A DNA stretch of 64,000 nt, taken from positions 40,789 through 104,788 of the forward strand of contig JAJRYV010000047.1 of NCBI GenBank assembly GCA_024275575.1, read 5' to 3'. The position numbers were made by a program, and so were the translations under genes. The notes under the pieces were generated by a model. It had not been told where the DNA came from, made no database searches, and saw only the letters and a program-made list of their open reading frames with translations. The stretch comes from a bacterium (GTDB lineage Bacteria; Zhuqueibacterota; Zhuqueibacteria; Zhuqueibacterales; Geothermadaptataceae). Shown one piece after another: positions 10,054 through 18,670 of the stretch (positions are counted from its first letter, which is position 1; each line of letters opens with the position of its first letter).

Positions 10054-10163
10054 AATCGAATTTCGATTTCAATATTTTCGAAACGTCGATTTTGAAAAAT
10101 CCCAAGAATGAAAACAGGTAACCTAATCTGGATAAACCGGAACTTGAAAAAGAAAATTCCAAA

Positions 10164-10256
10164 GCGCACGCAAAGTCATCGAGACGCAGAGAATACGCAA
10201 AGATTTTTTTAATTTTTCTTTGTGATTCCTTTGCGGCTTAGCGTCTTCGCATGAAA
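10164..10256. repeat. Imperfect palindromic element (about 40-bp arms around a T-rich centre)
   Basis: The left arm gcgcacgcaaagtcatcgagacgcagagaatacgcaaaga is an imperfect reverse complement of the right arm tctttgtgattcctttgcggcttagcgtcttcgcatgaaa. Confidence 0.45.
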
Positions 10257-10430
10257 TTTTTGCTTTTGCGGATTTAGATCAATATTTCTTGCCAAAAAAT
10301 GGCAGAAAATTACTTACAGTTACTAACCTGCATTATTCACAAATTCTTTAAAAAAAGATTGGTAAATAATTTATTTCATTGTAGTTATCCTAAAGCATAG
10401 TTGGGAACTTAATTTTTTATTAAAAAATCA

Positions 10431-10504
10431 TCTCGCCAAGCCGCAGAGACATAAAGTTTTGTTTTTAAATATTTTATGCTGTTTTTCTCTACGTCTCAGC
10501 GAGA
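10431..10504. repeat. Second imperfect palindromic element of the same motif class
   Basis: tctcgccaagccgcagagacataaag (10431-10456) matches the reverse complement of ctgtttttctctacgtctcagcgaga (10479-10504) at about 19 of 26 positions. It shares the gcggctt(a/g)gcg motif with 10164-10256. Confidence 0.45.
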
Positions 10505-10529
10505 ATAATAAAGGCTTAAGAGTTAACAA

Positions 10530-11663
10530 ATGCCGATAAAACTCATTCAAAATAAACTTGACTGGCGTTCGCAGGCCGCAGACTGGGAAGCGGTTTTTGC
10601 GGCGAACGCTAATCACACGCCGTTTCAAAGTTACGAATGGCTGAGCACCTGGTGGGATTTCCTCGGGGATGGCCGGCTCTATATTTTGCGCGTCGAAAAA
10701 GATGACGGCAGTGTCGCCGGGTTTGCACCATTTTTTCTGCGCAAGAAATTTTACGGTCTGCCGCTCAAATATCTCGCGTTCATCGGTGTCAAACGTACTG
10801 ATTATCTCGATTTTCTCGTCCGCTCCGGTGATGAAGATTTTTTCTTTCACGAAGTTTTTCATTTTCTCAGTGAAAAATCCCGAGCATTTTCGTTTATCGA
10901 ACTCAAAGATATTCCTGATACCTCGACGAATCTGCCTTTTTTAGTTAAATATATCGGCGGATATTTCCCCGTGTACGCGATGGAAAGCAGCCGTATTTGC
11001 GTCACCCTACCGCTGCCGGGCGAGTGGGATGATTTTCTTGCCCGCCTGGGCAAACGCACACGCAAAGACGTGGGATACGACAGGCGTTACATCGCCAAAC
11101 GCCATGAAACCCGGCTGGAAGAATTTACTAACGGCCGGGAAATTACGGGCGTTTATGATGATCTTGTGCGGATTTACAACGAGCGCTGGATCGGTGAAAA
11201 AGGCGCCACTCGTTACAGCGAAAGTCTCTTCGCCCAATTTGAGCGCACAGTCTGCGAAAAACTGGCTGCCCGTGGTGATTACCGGTTGTGGCTGCTGTAC
11301 GCAGATGATCAACCCGTCGCCGGCATCTCGGGATATGAGCGCAATAATAAAATCTATGCTGACGTGTACGCACACTCACCCGGCTGGCATAATTTGAGCG
11401 TCGGCAACATCGTGCTCGGCCACGCGATCGAGAATTCTATCGCTCGCGGCATTACCGAGTTCGATCTCTCCCGTGGTGATGAACCCTATAAATACCGCTG
11501 GAAAGGTGAGGAAAAACGCAATTATCACATCAGGATTTTTATTGATCGTAAAATGATGGCTGCCGCAGCGCTCGCAGAACATTTATACGTCACCGCCAGC
11601 AGCAGCAAAACCCTGCATAAATTAAATAGTGTTTACCGAAAACTCAGATTTGGGGAGGCATGA
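10530..11663 (+). CDS. FemAB-like/CelD(BcsL)-like GNAT-fold acyltransferase
   Basis: 377-aa ORF. The N-terminus has TPFQSYEWLSTWW. The C-terminal motif FDLSRGDEPYKYRW is characteristic of the CelD/FemAB-like acetyltransferase family. Confidence 0.7.
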   Translation: MPIKLIQNKLDWRSQAADWEAVFAANANHTPFQSYEWLSTWWDFLGDGRLYILRVEKDDGSVAGFAPFFLRKKFYGLPLKYLAFIGVKRTDYLDFLVRSGDEDFFFHEVFHFLSEKSRAFSFIELKDIPDTSTNLPFLVKYIGGYFPVYAMESSRICVTLPLPGEWDDFLARLGKRTRKDVGYDRRYIAKRHETRLEEFTNGREITGVYDDLVRIYNERWIGEKGATRYSESLFAQFERTVCEKLAARGDYRLWLLYADDQPVAGISGYERNNKIYADVYAHSPGWHNLSVGNIVLGHAIENSIARGITEFDLSRGDEPYKYRWKGEEKRNYHIRIFIDRKMMAAAALAEHLYVTASSSKTLHKLNSVYRKLRFGEA

Positions 11664-12223
11664 TGCCGTTACCAATCGCACACGGCATGGCCGGATTAAC
11701 AATCTATTTTTGGGGCCGGGAGATCAGGTTCTTTGAAAATCGTGGATTGACGTTACTGTTTTTTGCTTTTATCGCCTGTCTGCCCGACGCTGATTTTTTG
11801 CCCGGTTGGCTGCAGGGAAACCCCAATTTGTATCACACATTGTGGAGCCATACGGTGGGAGCGGCTGTTTTGGTCGCGGCGCTGTTCGCTTTTGGGTTTT
11901 CCCGCAAAAATGGTTATTTTAGTCGCTATTTTGTTATCTTTTTTTCACTTTACTATTCGCATATAATTCTCGATTTTTTCAATGATGATACACGCCCGCC
12001 GTTGGGCGTGATGGCATTCTGGCCGCTGAGTTCTACCTTTTATCTCTCACCGTTTCCTCTTTTCGATTCGGTGCATAAATCATCGGATTCGAGCACTTTT
12101 GTTGCCTCGGTTTTATCGTTGCCCAATCTTGTTGGCGCTATAAAAGAGTTGATAATTTTATCTCCGGTGGCCGGACTTTCTTTTTTTCTCAAAATGCGAA
12201 GAAAAAAAACGCAAACAGTGTAA
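11660..12223 (+). CDS. Membrane-bound metal-dependent hydrolase-like protein (YdjM/DUF457-like)
   Basis: 187-aa polytopic ORF with His-rich motifs (PIAHGMAG, HTLWSHTVG, YSHIILDFFNDD). ATGA start/stop overlap with the upstream GNAT gene. Confidence 0.6.
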   Translation: MMPLPIAHGMAGLTIYFWGREIRFFENRGLTLLFFAFIACLPDADFLPGWLQGNPNLYHTLWSHTVGAAVLVAALFAFGFSRKNGYFSRYFVIFFSLYYSHIILDFFNDDTRPPLGVMAFWPLSSTFYLSPFPLFDSVHKSSDSSTFVASVLSLPNLVGAIKELIILSPVAGLSFFLKMRRKKTQTV

Positions 12224-12341
12224 TGATACTGTAAATACTGTTTTTCTGTCACTTATGTCGTCTGAAAAGACAACGTGGACGAAATTTATAAAATGTCAGG
12301 CAGTTTAACTTTTTGAAATTCAAATTTTAAAACAACGGCGT

Positions 12342-13292
12342 ATGGCAAAAGTAAAAAAAATCGATGTCTCCATCGTTGTGCCGATGATGAATGAAGAGGA
12401 AAACGCACCGCTTTTACACGAAAAGATCCATCAGGCGATGGATGCCTGGCGGGGCGAATACGAAATCATCATCGTCGATGACGGCAGCACTGACGGGACT
12501 TTTTCAATTCTTGAATCTCTTGCTGAAAATGACCCGCGTTTAAAAGTAATTAAATTTCGTGGCAATTACGGTCAGTCTGCGGCCATGGCTGCCGGGTTTG
12601 AATATTCTACCGGCGAAGTCATCGTCACCATGGATGGCGATTTGCAAAACGACCCCAAAGACATCCCCGCCGTGGTTGAAAAACTGCACCAGGGTTATGA
12701 CGTGGTGAGTGGCTGGCGCAAGAACCGCAAGGACAAGCTGATCATCCGCAAAGTGCCGAGCAAAATTGCTAACTACCTCGTCCGTCGAACGACCCGCGTC
12801 AGTCTGCACGATACCGGATGTTCGCTGAAAGCCTACCGCCGCGATCTGGTGAAAAATATCCGGCTCTATGGTGAATTTCACCGCTTCATTCCGGCCCTGG
12901 GCCGTATTGAAGGCGCGCGCATCACCGAGTTGGTGGTGGATCATCACGAGCGTCAGTTCGGGGAATCGAAGTATAATATCACCCGAACATTCCGGGTGAT
13001 CATGGATTTGACAACGCTTAATCTATTGCTCAAACATTTGACAAATCCGGTACATTTCTTCGGTGCTTTGACGCTGATTTTTAACGGCATTGGTCTGTTT
13101 GCACTTATCGGATTTCTGTTTGCCTGGGTGACAAATACGCTGACGCCGGATGAGATGAATATTCAGGCCTCACTGATTTTGCTGATGATATCGGCGGGAG
13201 CCAATTTTCTGTTTTTCGGACTCATCGCGCAGACGGTCGTGCGAACGGGTGAAAAGCGTGATGAACGTATGTTTGACTTGACACAGTATTGA
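12342..13292 (+). CDS. GT2 polyprenyl-phosphate glycosyltransferase-like (DPM1/ArnC/GtrB type)
   Basis: 316 aa. VSIVVPMMNEEEN, IIIVDDGSTDGT and the DxD motif MDGDLQNDP, followed by two C-terminal TM helices. Confidence 0.85.
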   Translation: MAKVKKIDVSIVVPMMNEEENAPLLHEKIHQAMDAWRGEYEIIIVDDGSTDGTFSILESLAENDPRLKVIKFRGNYGQSAAMAAGFEYSTGEVIVTMDGDLQNDPKDIPAVVEKLHQGYDVVSGWRKNRKDKLIIRKVPSKIANYLVRRTTRVSLHDTGCSLKAYRRDLVKNIRLYGEFHRFIPALGRIEGARITELVVDHHERQFGESKYNITRTFRVIMDLTTLNLLLKHLTNPVHFFGALTLIFNGIGLFALIGFLFAWVTNTLTPDEMNIQASLILLMISAGANFLFFGLIAQTVVRTGEKRDERMFDLTQY

Positions 13293-13295
13293 AAT

Positions 13296-13449
13296 GTATC
13301 TGTTTGGCACATCGAGCGGATGCTGAGCTTGCCGAAGCGGGAGCGACACTACGGAGCAGGGGCTCGAAGCACGCCCTTCAAGCTCAGGGAGCGTTACGCT
13401 CAGCGAGACGCTTTCACTCTATTTATCACGAGTGAGGCTGAACAGATAC
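13296..13449. mobile_element. MITE-like element, copy B (154 bp)
   Basis: Terminal inverted repeats gtatctgtttggc / gctgaacagatac. A perfect 8-bp direct repeat ATTGAAAT flanks it (13288-13295 and 13450-13457). Internal long palindrome gctgagcttgccgaagcgg...cttcaagctcaggga. Confidence 0.7.
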
Positions 13450-13499
13450 ATTGAAATGTCGATAACTGAATGATTTTAAATAGTTAACAGCCAATTTAG

Positions 13500-13616
13500 G
13501 TAACTATTCAGCACACCAGGCGGACGCTGAGCTTGCCGAAGCGGGATATTTTCTCAATTGTCCGAAACGTGCCCTTCAAGCTCAGGGAACGCTTCTCTGG
13601 CACGCTGAACAGTTAC
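13500..13616. mobile_element. MITE-like element, copy C (117 bp, short variant)
   Basis: Terminal inverted repeats gtaactattcagc / gctgaacagttac. Same core as copy B. Imperfect flanking duplication caatttag / aattttag. Confidence 0.6.
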
Positions 13617-13647
13617 AATTTTAGAAACATAAATTCCAGGGTTTAAC

Positions 13648-14733
13648 ATGGCCGAACAAATAACAACAGTGGAAAAAAATGACGTTGTGGCAGTGGCAAA
13701 GGAAACAAAAAATTCAAAACCCAAATCTTCACGCAAACGCACGAGTGTTGTGAAAAGCAAAGCAACAGCCGCGGCAAGCAAAAAGAAAAATGCCAAAACC
13801 TCTCCGGATATCTCATTCATCATCCCGATTCTCGACATGGATAATTATGTAGAAGACTTATATGCTGATATCCTTAAAAGCATGGGAAAAAGCCGGTTGA
13901 GTTATGAAATTCTGTTTGTCGATGATGCCAGCAGCGACAGTACCTGGAAAAAACTTGACGCCATCGCACAAAAAGATAAAAAAGTCAAACTCCTGCGCAT
14001 GCGCAATACCTTTGGCGAAGCCAGTTGTTTTGACGCCGGGCTCAAACACGCAAACGGTGAAAAAATTGTTTATTCCGCCGCCCGTGTACGGGTGAACATG
14101 CAACAGATCAGCGCTTTTCTCGCCCGCCTCGATGAGGGCAATGATCTGGTCGTCGGATGGCGCTGGCCGCGGAAAGATTCGGAAATGAACCAAAAGGTTT
14201 CAGGCTGGTTCAACAGCCTTGTGCATAAAATCGGCAGGCTCAAATTGCATGACATCAATTCGAGTGTATTCGTCACGCGTAAAAGCATGCTGGAAAAGAT
14301 CACTTTTTATGGCAATCTCAATATTTTCCTGCCGATTTTGGCAGCGCGAAAAGGCTATCGGGTTGTCGAGGAAAAAATCGAGCAGATGCCCGGCCAATTC
14401 CGCCAGTCGAAATATCCCAACGAGTATTTCCAGCGTGTCCTCGATATCATTTCCGTCGTTTTCCTGACCCGCTATTCCAAAAGGCCACTGCATTTTCTCG
14501 GTTTTTTCGGCATGGGTTTTACAGTCGTTGGGCTGATCTTGAATATTTATCTGTTCTTGTATCGCATTTTGGGGTTCGGCGGTATCGCCGGCCGGCCGTT
14601 GCTATTGCTGGGCGCGTTGCTGCTCATCATCGGTTTGCAGATGATTTCCATCGGCCTGATCGGTGAAATGATCATTTACACGCATGCGCGTGAAATCAAG
14701 GAATACAATATCGACAGGGTGGTTGGTGAGTGA
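13648..14733 (+). CDS. GT2-like protein lacking the DxD motif, with Lys-rich N-terminal extension
   Basis: 361 aa. About 55 aa of basic low-complexity N-terminus (KETKNSKPKSSRKRTSVVKSK...KKKNAK). GT-A core ISFIIPILD, ILFVDDASSDST. The position of MDGDLQ is occupied by SAARVR. C-terminal TM helices are present. Confidence 0.7.
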   Translation: MAEQITTVEKNDVVAVAKETKNSKPKSSRKRTSVVKSKATAAASKKKNAKTSPDISFIIPILDMDNYVEDLYADILKSMGKSRLSYEILFVDDASSDSTWKKLDAIAQKDKKVKLLRMRNTFGEASCFDAGLKHANGEKIVYSAARVRVNMQQISAFLARLDEGNDLVVGWRWPRKDSEMNQKVSGWFNSLVHKIGRLKLHDINSSVFVTRKSMLEKITFYGNLNIFLPILAARKGYRVVEEKIEQMPGQFRQSKYPNEYFQRVLDIISVVFLTRYSKRPLHFLGFFGMGFTVVGLILNIYLFLYRILGFGGIAGRPLLLLGALLLIIGLQMISIGLIGEMIIYTHAREIKEYNIDRVVGE

Positions 14734-15698
14734 AACTGATTATACAAATGCCGTGTTTGAATGAGGAAGAGACCCTTCCCATCACGGTAGCGGATTTACC
14801 CAATTCCATTCCCGGTGTGGATGTGATCGAGACTTTGATCATTGATGACGGCAGTACCGACCGGACAATCGAAGTAGCGCGTGAGCTCGGCGTCAATCAT
14901 ATCGTCCGTTTGCGCAATAACAAGGGACTTGCCGAGGCATTCGCCGCCGGGCTCGATGCCTGCCTGAAGCAGGGCGCAGATGTCATTGTTAACACCGATG
15001 GTGATAATCAATATCAGGGCAAATACATTCCCGACCTGATCAAGCCGATTTTAGACCGCGAAGCCCACATGGTGATCGGTGACCGGCAGGTACAGAAAAT
15101 TGAACATTTTTCCTTTTTCAAGAAAAAACTGCAAAAAATGGGCTCCTGGGTAGTGCGCAATCTTTCCGATACCAATGTTCCGGATGCCGCCAGCGGATTT
15201 CGGGCCTATAGCCGGGAAGCGGCTTTGCACATGAATGTGATCACCAAATTCACGTACACCATGGAAACGATCATTCAGGCCGGGAAAAAGAACATCGCTA
15301 CAACTTCGGTGCCGATTGAAACCAACGGGAAACTGCGGGATTCGCGACTTTTTACCTCGATTCCTGTCTACCTGAAACGCAGTATCGGCACGATTTTACG
15401 TATTTATACGATGTACGAACCTCTGCGGGTTTTTCTGGCAATCGCCAGTTTGCTGTTTCTCGGCGGCACGGCTATTTCACTGCGTTTTCTCTATTATTAT
15501 TTTTGGGTTGATAGCGGCGCCGGCCATATTCAATCGTTAATTTTAAGCGCCGTGCTGCTACTGTTGGGCATTCAGTTCGGCGTACTCGGTGTTGTTGCCG
15601 ATCTCATCTCCGGGCATCGTCGCTTAACGGAAGATACGCTATACCGCGTTAAAAAAATCGAACTTTATGTTCATGATAAAGAAAACAAACGGTCCTGA
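14730..15698 (+). CDS. GT2 polyprenyl-phosphate glycosyltransferase-like (DPM1/ArnC/GtrB type)
   Basis: GTG start overlapping the upstream stop (GTGA). IIDDGSTDRT, DxD motif NTDGDNQY, two C-terminal TM helices. Confidence 0.85.
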   Translation: MKLIIQMPCLNEEETLPITVADLPNSIPGVDVIETLIIDDGSTDRTIEVARELGVNHIVRLRNNKGLAEAFAAGLDACLKQGADVIVNTDGDNQYQGKYIPDLIKPILDREAHMVIGDRQVQKIEHFSFFKKKLQKMGSWVVRNLSDTNVPDAASGFRAYSREAALHMNVITKFTYTMETIIQAGKKNIATTSVPIETNGKLRDSRLFTSIPVYLKRSIGTILRIYTMYEPLRVFLAIASLLFLGGTAISLRFLYYYFWVDSGAGHIQSLILSAVLLLLGIQFGVLGVVADLISGHRRLTEDTLYRVKKIELYVHDKENKRS

Positions 15699-15791
15699 AC
15701 GGGGGAGGAAGTCGCAGCAAGCACGATTAAAAAAAACGGCTTGGCTAAATTTTAAAAAAAACAACTCAGGGATTATCCGGATTTGTCGGGT

Positions 15792-17420
15792 ATGATAATA
15801 TTGAAAAAGACATTATGGTTGTGGCTCGGTTTTACGACGATTTTAATTTCCGGGATTTACCTGCGACTGCTCAACCTCGATGCAGTCAGTTACTCATCCC
15901 TTGAGGTTTCTGAAGTTTTCAATGCCCACCGGACATATCTCGGAGAAGCCCCCCTGCTGCATGGCAACAGCAGTCAGGCGCAGATTTTTTCACAGGTAAT
16001 TCAGTATTCATTTACAGCTTTTGGCGACAGTGAACTCGCTGCCCGGGCGAGCAGTGTTTTTTTTGGCGCTTTGCTCATCGTTCTGATGTTTTTCATCGGC
16101 TGGCGCTTTACAGGCAAGGGCAACGCAGGAATTATCGCAGCATTTGTCACCGCATTTCATCCGCTGCTCATCGATTTTTCGCGCTTGGCTACAATTCACA
16201 ATACGTTATTTTTCCTGCTGACATTTTTATTCTATGCCTTTTATGAAGGGATTGAAGGAACGCGGGAAAAACATGTGGGACTATCGCCGGACAGGTTCAG
16301 AATTCGTAAAATACTCGCTCTTTGGAATATCGATTTTTTCTGGCTCACCATCACACTGCTCGTCGCGTGGTCAATGATTTACATCTTTCCGCAGAGCAAC
16401 GGTCTTTTTTATGGCCTGGCGGCCTATAGTCTCACATTGCTTTTGCTGCAATATTTTCATGCCAAACAAAAAGCAGCGCTGAAATGGAAATATTTAACCA
16501 TGCTGTTGCTTCTGGTTGGTGCAATGGTTGCTTTACGGCAAACGGGAACGTCGTCGGCTGCGCCGTTTGCGGACTGGTCGTTGCAAACACTCATGGGAGA
16601 GCATGCCGGTGTTTCCAGCTTTTTTTTGCATCCATCCAACTGGACGCTTGCCGCTTTCGCATTGATCGGCGCCATTTTCAGTGTGATCAATATGTATAAG
16701 GCGGGATTTTACACGCTTTCGGTTTTTGTCAGCTTTTTGCTGCTGGCGCAACAAGGCAGCAGTGGGGTGGACTATTTTTTTATTTTTCCACTCTTTTTAT
16801 TGCTGGCGACTTACGGCGTCTTCGAATTTGCCTATTATATCCGCCGGCAACTCGATGTACAGTTGATCAATATCAATCAGTACAGACGTCTGCATATTAC
16901 GCCGCAACGCCTGGTGATGGGGCTGTTTCTGGCGATAATTGTCGTGTTTTCTCCCTGGGTCGGAGAGGCGAAAAATAGCGCACAGCGCCCGATGCTTCTC
17001 GGCCATCTGTTGCCTGTTGAGTGGAAAGCGGTCGGTAAATATTTAAAACAGAACCAAAAAACAGAAGAGCCGGTTGTTACAACAGCACCGGAAACCGTCT
17101 GGTTTTATAGTTTGCCGGGCTTGTATTTCCGAATATTGCCGGAATTAAACTCCACCGGGCAGGAAAATCTCCAATCAGGAAGTGAGCACAGCATCCGCAG
17201 CATCTCTACAACCGATTTCCAAACTATCATCGATCAGTATCCCTCCGGCTGGATCGTTTTGCAGAATACGCTGCAAAACCGGAACTTGTTGCTGCAGATA
17301 AAATTGATGACCCGGGAAAAAACGGAATTTACCACACGTTATGAAACGCCGGGAAAAACAGCGCAGGTTTTTCAATGGCAAAACAAGCAGGAACAAATGA
17401 GCCGGGACAACGGCATGTGA
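15792..17420 (+). CDS. GT-C fold glycosyltransferase (ArnT/PMT_2-like)
   Basis: ORF track starts at TTG 15783. The first ATG is at 15792. Multi-TM N-terminal two-thirds with the GDSELAARASSVFFGAL segment typical of ArnT-like enzymes, followed by a soluble C-terminal domain. Confidence 0.7.
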   Translation: MIILKKTLWLWLGFTTILISGIYLRLLNLDAVSYSSLEVSEVFNAHRTYLGEAPLLHGNSSQAQIFSQVIQYSFTAFGDSELAARASSVFFGALLIVLMFFIGWRFTGKGNAGIIAAFVTAFHPLLIDFSRLATIHNTLFFLLTFLFYAFYEGIEGTREKHVGLSPDRFRIRKILALWNIDFFWLTITLLVAWSMIYIFPQSNGLFYGLAAYSLTLLLLQYFHAKQKAALKWKYLTMLLLLVGAMVALRQTGTSSAAPFADWSLQTLMGEHAGVSSFFLHPSNWTLAAFALIGAIFSVINMYKAGFYTLSVFVSFLLLAQQGSSGVDYFFIFPLFLLLATYGVFEFAYYIRRQLDVQLININQYRRLHITPQRLVMGLFLAIIVVFSPWVGEAKNSAQRPMLLGHLLPVEWKAVGKYLKQNQKTEEPVVTTAPETVWFYSLPGLYFRILPELNSTGQENLQSGSEHSIRSISTTDFQTIIDQYPSGWIVLQNTLQNRNLLLQIKLMTREKTEFTTRYETPGKTAQVFQWQNKQEQMSRDNGM

Positions 17421-17460
17421 TTATAATTTTTAAACGTAAAAATAGTGTAGGTTTGAATTC

Positions 17461-18624
17461 ATGAAAATAGCGATTATGGGCATTCGCGGCATTCCCGCGA
17501 ATTATGGAGGTTTTGAAACGTTCGCCGAAGAACTGGCGCCGCGTTTGGTCGAGCGTGGACATGAGGTCACCGTGTATGGTCGTTCTAATTGCATCAAATA
17601 CAGCGATCAATATTACAAAGGTGTACGCATCGTTATTCTGCCGACGATTAGCCATAAATATCTCGATACGGTGGCGCATACCTTTTTGTGTGCACTGCAT
17701 TCCATCAACAAAAAATATGATGCCGTGCTCATTTGCAACAGCGCCAATGCCTGCTTTGCCTGGATTCCGCGACTCTTCGGCAAGCCTGTTGCATTAAATG
17801 TCGATGGGCTGGAATGGAAACGCGCCAAGTGGAATACGCTCGGCCAGTGGTTTTACAAAATTTCCGAATGGCTGTCGACTTTTACCGCGAGTGAAATTAT
17901 CACTGATGCGGCCGATATTCAGGCTTATTATTTGAAAAAATTCAAAAAAGAATCAACGCTGATTTCCTATGGCGCCCCTGTCGGCAGAGTGGATACGACG
18001 AAAGTTTTGCAGGAGTATGATGTCGAACCGGGGAAATATATTCTCTATGTCAGTCGTTTTGAACCGGAAAACAATCCGCATCGCGTCGTCGAAGCATTTG
18101 AAAAAACCAAAACCGATCTCAAGCTCGTGATGGTGGGCGATGCGCCCTATAAAACAGTGGAAATTAGCAAAATGAAAGAAACACAAGACCCGCGTATCGT
18201 TTTCACAGGTTATGTTTTTGGCGAGGGCTACCGTGAATTTCAATCCAACGCCTATTTTTATATTCAGGCAACCGAAGTCGGCGGAACCCATCCGGCATTG
18301 CTCGAAGGCATGGGGCATGGCAACTGCATTCTTGCTAATGAAGTGCCGGAACACCACGAAGTGCTCGGTGATGCCGGTGTTTTTTTCAACACAAAAAACA
18401 ACGGCGACCTGACCGAAAAAATGCAATATCTCATCGATAATCCGGAGATTGTTAAAGAAAAGGAAGCCCTTGCCGTGGCCAGAATTAAAGAAAAATACAC
18501 CTGGGAGCGGGTGACGGAAGCTTATGAAAAACTGTTCGCCCGTTTATGCGGAAGCAGCACCCAAATCACTGAGCCCTTCGATGCGACGCAGGAGAAACTT
18601 CACTGCAGCGATAATGGGTGTTAG
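17461..18624 (+). CDS. GT4 glycosyltransferase with DUF1972-type N-terminal half
   Basis: N-terminus MKIAIMGIRGIPANYGGFETFAEEL and C-terminal GT-B motif GGTHPALLEGMGHGNCILA. Confidence 0.8.
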   Translation: MKIAIMGIRGIPANYGGFETFAEELAPRLVERGHEVTVYGRSNCIKYSDQYYKGVRIVILPTISHKYLDTVAHTFLCALHSINKKYDAVLICNSANACFAWIPRLFGKPVALNVDGLEWKRAKWNTLGQWFYKISEWLSTFTASEIITDAADIQAYYLKKFKKESTLISYGAPVGRVDTTKVLQEYDVEPGKYILYVSRFEPENNPHRVVEAFEKTKTDLKLVMVGDAPYKTVEISKMKETQDPRIVFTGYVFGEGYREFQSNAYFYIQATEVGGTHPALLEGMGHGNCILANEVPEHHEVLGDAGVFFNTKNNGDLTEKMQYLIDNPEIVKEKEALAVARIKEKYTWERVTEAYEKLFARLCGSSTQITEPFDATQEKLHCSDNGC

Positions 18625-18670
18625 TCTGCAAGCCTCGCTTCGGGAAGAAATAAACGAGCAGTAATGATTT

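Noticed and set aside
10428-10862. 144-aa minus-strand ORF spanning the start of the GNAT gene
   Set aside because: It overlaps the well-supported gene at 10530-11663 in antisense. Its C-terminus (…KTLCLCGLAR) is translated from the palindromic repeat at 10431-10504.
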